Origin: an uncultured Halioglobus sp.
GTDB taxonomy: Bacteria; Pseudomonadota; Gammaproteobacteria; Pseudomonadales; Halieaceae
Direction of reading: 5' to 3'
NCBI GenBank assembly: GCA_963934845.1
Contig: CAWWAG010000008.1
Coordinates: 10,358 to 74,357 of the forward strand
Length of the DNA: 64,000 nt
The number at the start of each line of letters is the position of its first letter. Position 1 is the stretch's first letter. This document shows, piece after piece, positions 37,501 to 47,859 of this stretch. The position numbers were made by a program, and so were the translations under genes. The notes below the pieces were generated by a model that was not told the DNA's origin, searched no databases, and saw only the letters and a program-made list of their open reading frames with translations.

Positions 37501-38919
37501 CTACCCCCCTTTAACGTAGAGCTTTAACTCTTGTCCCGGTTTAAGGTAAGCGTCAGGGTCCAGTGCATTCCAGACGATGATGTCATCAACAGACACCTTG
37601 AACTGGCCAGCGATGCGAGAGAGCGAATCGCCCGCGCGGACCATGTACCCCTGTGGTGGATGGGCGTCCACCGCCACCAACCCCTCGTCGAGAGTTGCAT
37701 GGTTGCTGTCCGGAATTTTCAGAATTTCTCCCGCGCGGATTTTGCTACCCTGAATACTGTTGATATCCTGTAGCAGTTCCACCTCGATATCGAACTTCTG
37801 CGCAATCAGGTAAAGACTGTCTCCCTGTTTTATTCTATAGGACTGCCATTGCACGAGTTGCTCTGGGCTGAGTTTGGCGATATTGGCTTCGAAGCGATTT
37901 ACACTGCCGACCGGCACCAACATTTCGAACGGCCTGCCCGGTGAGATTGTCTCGCGCAACTGGCCAGGATTGAGGGCGCGCAATGTATCCAGGTCAACGC
38001 CAGCCAGTTTAGCTGCCTGCGACATTTGCAGCAGCCCCCCGGTGTCGACCACCTCAAACGATGGTGAGTTATCTACAGCCGGAATCTCCACGTCGAATCG
38101 TTCAGGCTCAGCGACAATTTGCGAGAGGGCAATCAGCTTTGGGACATAATTCGTGGCCTGTCGCGGCAGTTTTAGCGACCAGTAATCCGTGCCGAGGCCC
38201 TTCGCAGCATTGGCCTTGCGGGCTCGCGAAATATTGCCTGCCCCGGCGTTGTACGCGGCGAGTGCGAGGAACCAGTCCTCGTCAAACTCTTCGTACAATG
38301 TCTCCAGATAATCCAGTGCGACTGTGGTGGAATCTCGCAGTGCCTGGCGACCGTCGTACCACGAATCCTGCTCAAGTCCCAGATGTACGCCGGTCGCCGG
38401 CATTATTTGCCACAGTCCAGCAGCGCCAGAAGAGGATGAGGCGAACGGGTCCCAGTCACTCTCTAGCATGGGTATCAGGGCAATCTCCACCGGCATATTG
38501 CGCTTCTGCACTTCCTCCAGTATGTAGTACAGGTAGTAATCGGCTCTACCGGCTACGACCGGAACGTGACTGGAGTGACGCAGATAACCCTCGCGGGCCT
38601 TATCGATTCGAAGGCTGTCGGTTTCCTGCCAGCTCAAGTCCTGACGAATACGTTCCCACACATCATCCGGGTGTTCGTCGGGTGGAGATTTGTTTGTTTC
38701 TGATAATGGTAGTGCTACGGTTAGCGCTTGGGCTTTGTCCTGGAGTACTGCCGCCTGAACACCCGGTACTTTCGCGACTGGCGCTGGCTGTAGTTCGCCC
38801 GCTAGCTGCGGTTCCAGCTCTGACCGCGGTTCCAGATCAGGCTCTGACTGCAACGTAGCAGCAGATTCCGAGGCAGAGGGCTGCGGCGAGGGTGTCTCGC
38901 AGGCAACCATCATCGCCAA
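37501..38919 (-). CDS. mltD: membrane-bound lytic murein transglycosylase D (SLT domain + LysM repeats)
   Basis: SLT catalytic region MLESDWDPFASSSSGAAGLWQIM. LysM repeats are present (YRIKQGDSLYLIAQKF, YMVRAGDSLSRIAGQF). The coordinates follow the track (TTG start). The true N-terminus probably lies upstream, up to 38973; see findings. Confidence 0.88.
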   Translation of the reverse strand: MAMMVACETPSPQPSASESAATLQSEPDLEPRSELEPQLAGELQPAPVAKVPGVQAAVLQDKAQALTVALPLSETNKSPPDEHPDDVWERIRQDLSWQETDSLRIDKAREGYLRHSSHVPVVAGRADYYLYYILEEVQKRNMPVEIALIPMLESDWDPFASSSSGAAGLWQIMPATGVHLGLEQDSWYDGRQALRDSTTVALDYLETLYEEFDEDWFLALAAYNAGAGNISRARKANAAKGLGTDYWSLKLPRQATNYVPKLIALSQIVAEPERFDVEIPAVDNSPSFEVVDTGGLLQMSQAAKLAGVDLDTLRALNPGQLRETISPGRPFEMLVPVGSVNRFEANIAKLSPEQLVQWQSYRIKQGDSLYLIAQKFDIEVELLQDINSIQGSKIRAGEILKIPDSNHATLDEGLVAVDAHPPQGYMVRAGDSLSRIAGQFKVSVDDIIVWNALDPDAYLKPGQELKLYVKGG

Positions 38920-39293
38920 ACTAGAAATGACTACTAATAGCCGCGTTATCTTATTGAAATATAATATTTTTATCGTCCTTTATCAGACGCTGTGGCAGAG
39001 GTCTAGGGGCACTGCATCACAACGATACGGCAACCGGTAAGATGAGTGACTAGCATCTACCCAGCGTTCGAGGCCTTAATAGACCCTCACTTTTGACTGT
39101 AGTTCCACCAATGATTGCGCACTCGTCGGCACAGTGTTGTATGGCAGATTTGCCTGTCATAACGGCAATGGCCTGCATGTTCAGCATGAGTTAGCGTTCC
39201 AATCAGGTAAAAATACAGTAGTATAAGCACCGTCGTTAACTGCCTACAGAGCGAAGCAACCCACGGCATCTCGCGCGGGGAGACCACATTGTA

Positions 39294-40100
39294 ATGCGTC
39301 GTGATTGTATAGATATTTTAACCAAACTGGAATGCTGGTACGCGCTTGACAAAGGCCAGTTCCTGCTGGAAGCGACACGCGCCACTATGCAGGACTTCCT
39401 CGACACCGCATTTGGCTACCATATTCTGCAATTGGGCGTTAGCGGCGGTCGGGCCCTCTGTCTGGGCAGCCCCATCAACCATCGACTGATCTGCGCTGAG
39501 CGGCCCGGAGACGGCGTCGGATTGGTTGCAGATCCCGAGGAATTGCCACTCGAAAGTGACAGCGTGGATGCCATCATAGCGCATCACGGGCTGGAGTTTG
39601 CTGCCAATCCACACCAGGTACTGCGTGAAATTCAGCGTGTATTAACACCACAGGGACAATTACTGGTGGTGGGGTTCAATCCCTTCAGCCTTCTGGGGTG
39701 CAGTAATCGTTTGCGCGGTATGATGCGAGACCCGCTGTGGGCCAAACATCGGCCGGTGAGCGAATATCGCCTGACCGATTGGCTACATTTACTCGGTTTT
39801 GAGGTACTGGAGACGCGCTGGCTTTATACAGTCCCGCCCGTGGGACGTGGACGTCTGCGTGAGATAGTCGGGCGCTGCGACCACTGGGCAGCGCAACACA
39901 ATCTGCCACTTGGCGGTGTCTATGTCCTGCACGCGACTAAACAGGTCGCCGGGATGAGTCGTCCGCGGCAACCGTTACTGGCGCGCAGCAAGCGTCTGAT
40001 TGGGTTGGTGCCAAAATCCGCGCCGATACCGACGCCGTCGCCCCGGTCTGCTCTTGGCAAATTGAAACGATCTCAGGACAAAGGAAATCTGGTCGCTTGA
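39294..40100 (+). CDS. class I SAM-dependent methyltransferase, YafS-like
   Basis: 268 aa. FGYHILQLG and a GFNPFSL-type segment parallel E. coli YafS. Sits in the conserved position immediately upstream of rnhA-dnaQ. Confidence 0.7.
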   Translation: MRRDCIDILTKLECWYALDKGQFLLEATRATMQDFLDTAFGYHILQLGVSGGRALCLGSPINHRLICAERPGDGVGLVADPEELPLESDSVDAIIAHHGLEFAANPHQVLREIQRVLTPQGQLLVVGFNPFSLLGCSNRLRGMMRDPLWAKHRPVSEYRLTDWLHLLGFEVLETRWLYTVPPVGRGRLREIVGRCDHWAAQHNLPLGGVYVLHATKQVAGMSRPRQPLLARSKRLIGLVPKSAPIPTPSPRSALGKLKRSQDKGNLVA

Positions 40101-40534
40101 AACAAGTAGAAGTTTTCACTGATGGTGCCTGCCGGGGGAATCCCGGGCCAGGCGGTTGGGGTGCGCTATTGCGACACGGTTTGGTCGAGCGTGAATTATT
40201 TGGTGGTGAGCTGCACACCACCAATAATCGGATGGAACTGCTGGCAGCGATTGAGGCCCTTAAAGCGCTCTCCGTTCCCTGCAGCGTCGACCTCACCACC
40301 GATTCGGTGTACGTAAAAAACGGCATCACCACCTGGCTTGACGGTTGGAAGCGAAAAGGGTGGAAAACCGCCGCGCGTAAACCTGTCAAGAACGTGGACC
40401 TGTGGCGGGCGCTCGATGAGCAGAATCAGCGCCACGAGGTGAGGTGGCACTGGGTGAAGGGCCACAGTGGACACATTGAGAATGAACGGGCGGACCGGTT
40501 AGCCAACAGGGGCATCGATGCACTACAAAAATAG
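40097..40534 (+). CDS. rnhA: ribonuclease HI
   Basis: 145 aa with [17 protein letters not shown] and TTNNRMEL. The TTG start overlaps the upstream stop. Confidence 0.95.
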   Translation: MKQVEVFTDGACRGNPGPGGWGALLRHGLVERELFGGELHTTNNRMELLAAIEALKALSVPCSVDLTTDSVYVKNGITTWLDGWKRKGWKTAARKPVKNVDLWRALDEQNQRHEVRWHWVKGHSGHIENERADRLANRGIDALQK

Positions 40535-40567
40535 ACAGCGCTGCGCGCTTGCGGGGATAAAACTGAC

Positions 40568-41302
40568 GTGAGACTAATCGTACTCGACACCGAAACGACC
40601 GGGCTGGAAGTCTCCCAGGGTCACCGCATTATTGAAATTGGATGCGTGGAGCTGGTAAACCGCAAGCTCACTGGCAATCACTACCACCAATACATTAATC
40701 CACACCGGGAAATCGATCAGGGAGCGATAGAGGTGCACGGGATTACCACTGATTTCCTCGCCGATAAACCACCGTTCGAGGACATTGCAGAGGCATTCAT
40801 CGAGTTCGTGCGGGGAGCCGAGTTGGTGATACACAACGCGCCTTTCGATATCGGTTTTTTGAACGGCGAGTTACAGCGCTTGTCCGGCGCCGATACCGGT
40901 CTGGATGATCTGTGTTCGGTGACTGATACGCTGGTGATGGCGCGCTCCAAACATCCGGGACAGCGCAACAGCCTGGACGCGCTCTGCCAGCGATATACCG
41001 TCGACAATTCACAGCGCGACCTGCACGGTGCCCTGCTGGATGCCGAGATTCTGGCAGATGTTTATCTGGCCATGACCGGCGGCCAGACAGCGTTACAGTT
41101 GTCCGATTCGGGCACCGATAACGACGGCCAAACCCTCTCCGAGCAGATTGTGCGACTGGACTCCGAGCACGCACCGTTACTGGTAATTAAAGCGTCAAGC
41201 GAAGAGCTTGTCGCACACGAGGCACAACTAGAGGCTATCGCTGCAGCCAGCGGCGGCAAAGTGATATGGCGAGATAATGCCAGCGCAATGCCCCTAGCGT
41301 GA
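40568..41302 (+). CDS. dnaQ: DNA polymerase III epsilon subunit (3'-5' proofreading exonuclease)
   Basis: 244 aa, GTG start, with Exo I VLDTETTGL, Exo II VIHNAPFDIGFL and Exo III HGALLDAEILADVY. Confidence 0.95.
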   Translation: MRLIVLDTETTGLEVSQGHRIIEIGCVELVNRKLTGNHYHQYINPHREIDQGAIEVHGITTDFLADKPPFEDIAEAFIEFVRGAELVIHNAPFDIGFLNGELQRLSGADTGLDDLCSVTDTLVMARSKHPGQRNSLDALCQRYTVDNSQRDLHGALLDAEILADVYLAMTGGQTALQLSDSGTDNDGQTLSEQIVRLDSEHAPLLVIKASSEELVAHEAQLEAIAAASGGKVIWRDNASAMPLA

Positions 41303-41330
41303 CGGAATTGCCAGTCAGACGTTTGCTCCA

Positions 41331-42836
41331 CTAGAAAAACAACGCCACGCACGCCAGGCCAACACCACCCATCACCAAGGTATAGGGCAGTGCCATGATC
41401 ACCATGCGACCGTAGGACAGGCGGATCAGCGGCGCCAGCGCAGAGGTGAGCAGAAACAGGAATGCCGCCTGCCCGTTGGGTGTGGCAACGCTGGGGAGAT
41501 TTGTACCCGTATTGATGGCTACCGCCAGGTGCTCAAATTCCTGGCGAGTGATGGCGCCTGTATCCAGCGCAGCTTTTACCTCATTAATATAGACCGTCGC
41601 GACAAACACATTGTCGCTGATCATGGACAAAACCCCGTTTGCCAGGAAAAACATAGAAGGCCGCACGTCGGAATCCATGTGCAGCACAGTGTCGATAATA
41701 GGCGTGAACAAATGCTGGTCATGAATGACGGCGACGATAGCGAAGAACACCACCAATAAGGCAGTAAACGGCAGTGCTTCCTCGAACGCTTTGCCCAGTT
41801 GGTGTTCATTTGTGACGCCATTGAACGCGGTCAGCAATACGATAACCATTAGACCGATCAAGCCAACCGCCGCCCAGTGCATGGCTAGCCCCAGAATCAG
41901 AATCACCGCCACCAGCCCCTGCACTAACAGACGCGCATTGCTGCGGGTACTGCGTTTACTCTCTTCCTTTTCCTGATATTCCATCAGGACGAGGCGCACG
42001 TTGTCAGATAATTTTGTCCCGTAGCCAAATACGCCCGTTATTTCCAACAGGGCACAGGTCAACAAGCCGGCGATCAGGACGGGCACGCTGACGGGCGCCA
42101 TGATGGTGGCAAATTCGATAAAATCCCATTCTGCCACCGTGGCGATCAGCAGGTTTTGGGGTTCACCCACCATGGTACAAACGCCGCCCAAAGCCGTGCC
42201 CACCGCGCCGTGCATCAGCAAGCTGCGTAAAAAAGCCCGAAACTGTTCCAGATCCTCGCGATGCAATTCGCCCACTCCATCGTCTACAGAGTGGTCGTGC
42301 GTGTCCTCATTGAGTTTCTGACCAGAAGCCACCTTGTGATACACCGCGAAAAAGCCTACTCCGACACTGATTAACACGGCTGTTACCGTGAGCGCGTCCA
42401 GAAACGCCGACAGGAATGCGGCAACCAGTGAGAATAAAAGGGACAGATACACCTTGGAGCGCACATTCAGCAGGATTCGGGTGAATACGAATAGCAGCAA
42501 CTCTTTCATAAAGTAGATGCCTGCCACCATGAACATCAACAGCAGAATGACTTCGAAATTTGCCACCGTCTCGTGATAGACCATGTCTGGTGAGGTTAGG
42601 CCCAGCAGTACCGCCTCAATCGCCAGCAACCCTCCGGGCTGCAGCGGATAGCAGCGCAGTGCCAGTGCCAGAGTAAAGATAAACTCCGCAATCAATACCC
42701 AACCGGTTACAAAACTGCCGAGTGTCAGCAAAAACAGAGGGTTGAGCAGCAAAAACGCAAGAATTGTTCGCTTGTACCAATCGGGCGAGGGACCGAGGAA
42801 ATTCTTCCACAGGGCATTGAGCAGATTTTCTATCAT
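41331..42836 (-). CDS. nhaB: Na+/H+ antiporter NhaB
   Basis: 501 aa polytopic membrane protein. The N-terminus ..[21 protein letters not shown] is characteristic of NhaB. Confidence 0.88.
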   Translation of the reverse strand: MIENLLNALWKNFLGPSPDWYKRTILAFLLLNPLFLLTLGSFVTGWVLIAEFIFTLALALRCYPLQPGGLLAIEAVLLGLTSPDMVYHETVANFEVILLLMFMVAGIYFMKELLLFVFTRILLNVRSKVYLSLLFSLVAAFLSAFLDALTVTAVLISVGVGFFAVYHKVASGQKLNEDTHDHSVDDGVGELHREDLEQFRAFLRSLLMHGAVGTALGGVCTMVGEPQNLLIATVAEWDFIEFATIMAPVSVPVLIAGLLTCALLEITGVFGYGTKLSDNVRLVLMEYQEKEESKRSTRSNARLLVQGLVAVILILGLAMHWAAVGLIGLMVIVLLTAFNGVTNEHQLGKAFEEALPFTALLVVFFAIVAVIHDQHLFTPIIDTVLHMDSDVRPSMFFLANGVLSMISDNVFVATVYINEVKAALDTGAITRQEFEHLAVAINTGTNLPSVATPNGQAAFLFLLTSALAPLIRLSYGRMVIMALPYTLVMGGVGLACVALFF

Positions 42837-43018
42837 GGAGGCTATCCCTGGTTTCAGGCGCGCATTCTACGACATTCTACAAAAACATGCCTGAATTTTG
42901 ACCACAATACTGCCTGTGTTCTGCCTGATCGATGTCGAGCAGTGTGCTTCGACCTTGCCCCCGTGCTTGCGCAGTCATACTATAGCCAGCTCATTGACGA
43001 CATCCCTTTGGAGGCCCG

Positions 43019-43831
43019 ATGTTTCGACATGGCAACACGCCACCCGAGTCCAGCGACTTCGAGCTACACATCGTGTTTCAGGGCGGCCAATTGCTCAGTG
43101 ATATACGCTCGCTCACCGGATGCCTGATTGCCCGCGAACAACTACAACATAGCGGCTGGACTGAAATCAGGCGCCAGTTTTTGGGCTATTGGGGTGATCA
43201 ACCCTGTTATGTTCTGGAAATTGATTCGGTAGACCAGCCCGATCCATTGCAGTACCAGAAGGGTAGTCTTTACCAAATTCTGGGGCGGGTCGATGAGCAG
43301 TTGTTTGCGCTGGCAGGAAGGGCATCCCAGTTGCTGGACTGGGAGCGAGATCACCAGTATTGCGGTCACTGCGGCAATCAGATGCGGGTGGATACGCGGG
43401 AAAGAGCGATGCGCTGTGACCCCTGCCGGTCTGTCAACTATCCGCGCATTGCCCCGTGCGTAATCGTTCTGGTCACCCGGGGCGAGCAGTTGTTGCTGGC
43501 GCGCAATGTCAATTTCCCCCAGCCAATGTACAGTACGCTGGCTGGATTCATCGAAGCGGGGGAGACGGCCGAGGAGACCTTGCAGCGTGAGGTGCGGGAG
43601 GAGGTTGGGGTCGAAGTCACCAATCTGCGTTATTTCCAGTCACAATCATGGCCTTTTCCAAATCAGCTTATGCTGGGATTTTTTGCCGACTATGCTGGCG
43701 GAGAGATTGTCTGTGAGCCGGCTGAAATTGCCGACGCCGGGTGGTTCCACTATAGCGAACTTCCGATGATTCCCCCCGCATCCTCGATTTCCGGACAACT
43801 GATTCAACACTACATCGAAACTTTACAATAG
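43019..43831 (+). CDS. nudC: NAD+ diphosphatase (NADH pyrophosphatase) NudC
   Basis: 270 aa with zinc ribbon CGHCGNQM..RCDPC and Nudix box GFIEAGETAEETLQREVREEVGV. Confidence 0.85.
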   Translation: MFRHGNTPPESSDFELHIVFQGGQLLSDIRSLTGCLIAREQLQHSGWTEIRRQFLGYWGDQPCYVLEIDSVDQPDPLQYQKGSLYQILGRVDEQLFALAGRASQLLDWERDHQYCGHCGNQMRVDTRERAMRCDPCRSVNYPRIAPCVIVLVTRGEQLLLARNVNFPQPMYSTLAGFIEAGETAEETLQREVREEVGVEVTNLRYFQSQSWPFPNQLMLGFFADYAGGEIVCEPAEIADAGWFHYSELPMIPPASSISGQLIQHYIETLQ

Positions 43832-43849
43832 ACACCCTGGAGTAAACCT

Positions 43850-44914
43850 TTGGAATTTATCTATGAATATGGGCTGTTCCTGGCCCAAGCCATTACGCTG
43901 GTTGCCGCTGTCCTGATTCTTGTCACTGGCCTACTATCAATCGGGCACAGGCAGCGCGCTGATCAACACGAGGGACACATCGAAATTCGCGACCTCAATG
44001 AGAAATATCGGCATATCAATGAGGCTATTCGCGACGTCGTCGATGAGCCGGAAGTGTTGAAGCTGGAAAGAAAAGCCGCTAAAAAAGAGGAGAAGGTACA
44101 GGCCAAAATCGCCAAGAAAACACTCAAGAAAGGCGAAAGTACCACCACCAAAGATCGCCGAAAACGGCTGTATGTAATGAATTTCGACGGCGATATGCGG
44201 GCCAGCGCCACTGAAAACCTGCGCGAGGAAATTTCCGCAATCCTGCCACAGATTCAGGCCGGCGATGAAGTGCTGGTAAATCTGGAGAGCCCGGGCGGAC
44301 TGGTTCACAGTTACGGATTAGCGTCCAGTCAGTTACAGCGAATAAAGAGTGCCGGTGTTCCCCTGATTGTCGCAGTGGACAAAGTGGCTGCCAGCGGCGG
44401 TTATATGATGGCCTGCGTCGCAGACCGTATCGTTGCCGCTCCCTTTGCGGTATTGGGATCAATTGGTGTGATTGCGCAGCTACCCAATTTTCACCGCTTG
44501 TTACAAAAAAATGACATAGACTTTGAATTGCTCACTGCCGGGCAATACAAACGAACACTTACCATGTTTGGCGAAAACACGGACAAGGGCCGGGAGAAAT
44601 TCGTTGAGGAACTGGAAGAAACGCATGATTTGTTCAAGAGCTTTGTCAGCGCCAATCGTCCGACTCTGGATGTCGCTAAAGTTGCCACTGGTGAAGTCTG
44701 GTATGGCCAGCAAGCATTGCAGGAAGGGCTGGTCGATGAACTACAGACCAGTGACGGTTTCATCCAGGCCAGACTGGTCGACTGGGATGTCTTTCACGTA
44801 CGCTTTGCGCATAAAAAGAACTGGCAGGAAAAACTTGGCATGGCAGCCGAGGGCGCGCTGGAGCGGAGTTTTCTGAAGATATGGCAGCGTGCTCAGGGTG
44901 GCAAGAACTACTGA
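43850..44914 (+). CDS. sohB: S49 family peptidase SohB
   Basis: 354 aa, TTG start. An N-terminal TM helix is followed by a Lys-rich linker and the S49 active-site region VDKVAASGGYMMA. Confidence 0.82.
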   Translation: MEFIYEYGLFLAQAITLVAAVLILVTGLLSIGHRQRADQHEGHIEIRDLNEKYRHINEAIRDVVDEPEVLKLERKAAKKEEKVQAKIAKKTLKKGESTTTKDRRKRLYVMNFDGDMRASATENLREEISAILPQIQAGDEVLVNLESPGGLVHSYGLASSQLQRIKSAGVPLIVAVDKVAASGGYMMACVADRIVAAPFAVLGSIGVIAQLPNFHRLLQKNDIDFELLTAGQYKRTLTMFGENTDKGREKFVEELEETHDLFKSFVSANRPTLDVAKVATGEVWYGQQALQEGLVDELQTSDGFIQARLVDWDVFHVRFAHKKNWQEKLGMAAEGALERSFLKIWQRAQGGKNY

Positions 44915-44926
44915 GCTGGGACTGAA

Positions 44927-45811
44927 TTAGCCGTCCATTTCACGACAGGTGCGCATCCAGAATTCGACAGATTCCAGTCGAAACTGTTTTCTGGATAGGG
45001 CGAAGTAGAAGGTACGCCGCATATTGCGGCGTGGCAGGGTAAGCGCTACGAGGTCGCCGTTGGCAAAATTCTTCTGCAGTACGATCTGTGACAGACAGCC
45101 AATGCCCAGGCCCGATTCGACGGCATTCTTTATCGCTTCATTGTGTCTGAACTCGAGATAAACATTGATATCGGGCAGGAGTCCAGCAAGCGCCCGGTCA
45201 AAGGTTTGACGCGCGCCTGAATCAGGTTCCCGCAGGATCCACAGTGCCTCCTTGATATCTTTATTAGTCAGTGACTTCTTTCCCGCCAGGGGGTGATCTG
45301 CAGCGCAGAAAACGATCAGTTCATCCTCACGCCAGGGAATCAATTCCAGTTCCTGGTGGTGTACCTCGCCCTCAACCATGCCGATATCAACGTCGAAATT
45401 GAGTACGCGCGCCACGACATCCGGCGTATTGGCAATATCCAGCTGGACATCCGCCTCGGGATAATTCGCCAGGTACCCCGCCAGATAACGAGTAGCCAGA
45501 TGGTTTCCTATCGTGAAGCTTGCGCCCACTTTGATATGGCCCACTTCGGTGTGGCCCGTGAGTGTCTGCTCAAAGCTTTCACAATGGGCGAGCAGGTTTT
45601 CCGCTTCTTTACGCAAGGTATGTCCGATGGCGTTCAGCGCCAACTTATTACTCACTCGATCAAATAACCGAACGTCGTAAGTGTGCTCAAGGTTTAGCAG
45701 GGCTTCGCTAGCGGCGGACTGCGACATATGCAGGCTCTGTGCCGCTTTGGATATGTTCTCGTGCTTTGCCACTGCAAGGAATATCTGCAACTGTCTGATG
45801 GTAAATTTCAT
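44927..45811 (-). CDS. LysR family transcriptional regulator
   Basis: 294 aa with an N-terminal wHTH (IRQLQIFLAVAKHENISKAAQSLHMSQSAASEAL). It is divergent from cysC-sat. Confidence 0.85.
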   Translation of the reverse strand: MKFTIRQLQIFLAVAKHENISKAAQSLHMSQSAASEALLNLEHTYDVRLFDRVSNKLALNAIGHTLRKEAENLLAHCESFEQTLTGHTEVGHIKVGASFTIGNHLATRYLAGYLANYPEADVQLDIANTPDVVARVLNFDVDIGMVEGEVHHQELELIPWREDELIVFCAADHPLAGKKSLTNKDIKEALWILREPDSGARQTFDRALAGLLPDINVYLEFRHNEAIKNAVESGLGIGCLSQIVLQKNFANGDLVALTLPRRNMRRTFYFALSRKQFRLESVEFWMRTCREMDG

Positions 45812-45984
45812 CGCCTTCCTGATTGCCCGATTGGCGTAAGAGCATGGTATCGGTAAAACCGGTAGATGTATCCATAATATCCTGTTTTACATGGAGGTTA
45901 TATGGCATTACTCTTGATCGCCAAACAAATGGGCCCGCCTGGAGCGGAGCCAGTAGCACCAACACATTGACGGAGAATTCAGGT

Positions 45985-46602
45985 ATGGCGGAACAAAAAG
46001 CGACAAACGTACACTGGCATGAAGGCGATATTACCCGCGAACACCGTGGTAAATTGCTGGGCCACAAGGGTGCGACACTTTGGTTTACCGGTTTGTCCGG
46101 CAGCGGTAAGAGTACCGTCGCGGTGGAACTCGAAGGTACACTCAACGAAATGGGCGTATTGTCCTACCGCCTCGACGGCGACAATGTGCGTATGGGAATC
46201 AACAAGAATTTGGGGTTCTCCGCTGAGGATCGTACCGAGAATATTCGCCGCATTGGCGAGGTGGCCAAGCTGTTTGTTGACAGCGGTGTGGTCGCACTGA
46301 GCAGTTTCATAAGCCCCTATAAAGCCGATCGGGACCAGGTGCGCACCCTGCACGAAGAGGCTGGCATGACTTTCATTGAGGTATTTGTGGATTGTTCACT
46401 GGCAGCGGCGGAGGAACGCGATCCCAAGGGTTTGTACAAAAAAGCACGAGCCGGCGAGATCAAGAACTTTACCGGAATTGACGACCCCTACGAGCCACCC
46501 TTCAAGCCAGAGATCCACCTGCACTCCGACCAACAAAGTTTACAGGAAGAAGTTCAAACCATTCTCGAGACGCTGCGTGAGCGCGGCATCATCCGTAAAT
46601 AG
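45985..46602 (+). CDS. cysC: adenylyl-sulfate (APS) kinase
   Basis: 205 aa from the internal ATG (MAEQKATNVHWH..) with P-loop GLSGSGKST. The track ORF extends upstream to 45823. Confidence 0.9.
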   Translation: MAEQKATNVHWHEGDITREHRGKLLGHKGATLWFTGLSGSGKSTVAVELEGTLNEMGVLSYRLDGDNVRMGINKNLGFSAEDRTENIRRIGEVAKLFVDSGVVALSSFISPYKADRDQVRTLHEEAGMTFIEVFVDCSLAAAEERDPKGLYKKARAGEIKNFTGIDDPYEPPFKPEIHLHSDQQSLQEEVQTILETLRERGIIRK

Positions 46603-46615
46603 ACAGGAGAACACG

Positions 46616-47803
46616 ATGATCAAGCCACATGGTTCAGACGAGCTAAACCCGCTTTTTGTCTACGACAGCGCCGCGCGCGAAGCACAGCTGGCGGAGGCGG
46701 AAACGCTGCCCTCACTGCTGCTGAACTCGGCAGCGGCGGCTAATGCCGTCATGCTCGGCGGTGGATACTTCAACCCGTTGACCGGGTATATGAATCTGGC
46801 TGACTCACTCAGTGTCGCCGACAAGCTGCACACGGTGGACGGCCTGTTTTTCCCCGTCCCCATCGTCAATATGACGACAGCAACTGACATAAAGACCGGT
46901 AGCCGCATCGCGCTGCGCGACCCCAATGTAAAGGGTAATCCGGTGCTGGCGGTGATGACTGTGGACGCGATAGAGGACGTGAGTGACGAGCAGATTGCCT
47001 TCATGTCGGAGAAAATCTTCCGCACTGTGGATCCAAAACACCCGGGCGTTGCGACCTTCGGCAGCCTTGGGCGTACGATGGTGTCTGGCCCCATACAGGT
47101 ACTGAGCTTTTCCTACTTCCAAACTGACTTCCCCGACACCTTCCGCACAGCGGTTGAAATTCGCAATGAAATTGCCGAACATGGTTGGGAAATAGTCGTT
47201 GCCTTCCAAACGCGTAACCCTATGCACCGCGCCCATGAAGAGCTGTGCCGCATGGCAATGGATCAGTTGGACGCAGACGGCGTGCTGATTCACATGCTAC
47301 TTGGCAAGCTGAAGCCCGGTGATATTCCCGCCGAAGTACGCGATGCCTCCATTCGAAAAATGGTCGAGCTCTACTTTCCGGCGAATACTGTCATGGTGAC
47401 TGGATACGGTTTTGATATGCTGTACGCCGGACCGCGCGAAGCCGTGCTGCACGCGCTGTTTCGTCAGAACTGTGGCTGTTCACACCTGATCGTTGGTCGG
47501 GATCACGCCGGCGTGGGTGACTACTACGGTGGTTTCGATGCCCAGACCATCTTCGACGAGGAGGTGCCTGAGGGTTCACTGGAGTTGCAGGTCTTCAAGG
47601 CCGACCACACCGCTTACAGTAAGAAACTGAACAAAGTGGTAATGATGCGCGATGTGCCGGATCATACTCCCGAGGATTTCGTGTTGCTGTCGGGTACAAA
47701 AGTCCGTGAAATGCTGGGCAAGGGCATTGCGCCACCGCCAGAGTTTTCACGTCCTGAAGTCGCGAAGATCCTGTCGGACTACTACCAGACCTTGGACAAC
47801 TAA
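46616..47803 (+). CDS. sat: sulfate adenylyltransferase, homo-oligomeric Sat type (not CysDN)
   Basis: 395 aa from ATG 46616 with AGGAGA upstream. ATP-sulfurylase motifs QTRNPMHRAHE and VGRDHAG are present. The track ORF start at 46376 is an upstream extension that overlaps cysC. Confidence 0.9.
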   Translation: MIKPHGSDELNPLFVYDSAAREAQLAEAETLPSLLLNSAAAANAVMLGGGYFNPLTGYMNLADSLSVADKLHTVDGLFFPVPIVNMTTATDIKTGSRIALRDPNVKGNPVLAVMTVDAIEDVSDEQIAFMSEKIFRTVDPKHPGVATFGSLGRTMVSGPIQVLSFSYFQTDFPDTFRTAVEIRNEIAEHGWEIVVAFQTRNPMHRAHEELCRMAMDQLDADGVLIHMLLGKLKPGDIPAEVRDASIRKMVELYFPANTVMVTGYGFDMLYAGPREAVLHALFRQNCGCSHLIVGRDHAGVGDYYGGFDAQTIFDEEVPEGSLELQVFKADHTAYSKKLNKVVMMRDVPDHTPEDFVLLSGTKVREMLGKGIAPPPEFSRPEVAKILSDYYQTLDN

Positions 47804-47859
47804 ATCTAACCTGGCGCGGGGTAGATAAACTGCCTGGCGCCCATCCTTTTGGTGACACT

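Noticed and set aside
39087-39287. 66-aa minus-strand ORF (one TM-like segment plus a Cys/His-rich tail) in the mltD/yafS-like spacer
   Set aside because: Its start lies 6 nt from the divergent methyltransferase start, which leaves no room for its own promoter or ribosome-binding site. No family was recognised. It might be a chance ORF in the region where gloB is missing.
46376-46615. Long N-terminal extension of the sat ORF that overlaps cysC by 227 nt
   Set aside because: The extension is Arg/Pro/Thr-rich out-of-frame read-through of cysC. ATP-sulfurylase similarity starts at the ATG at 46616, which has an AGGAGA ribosome-binding site.
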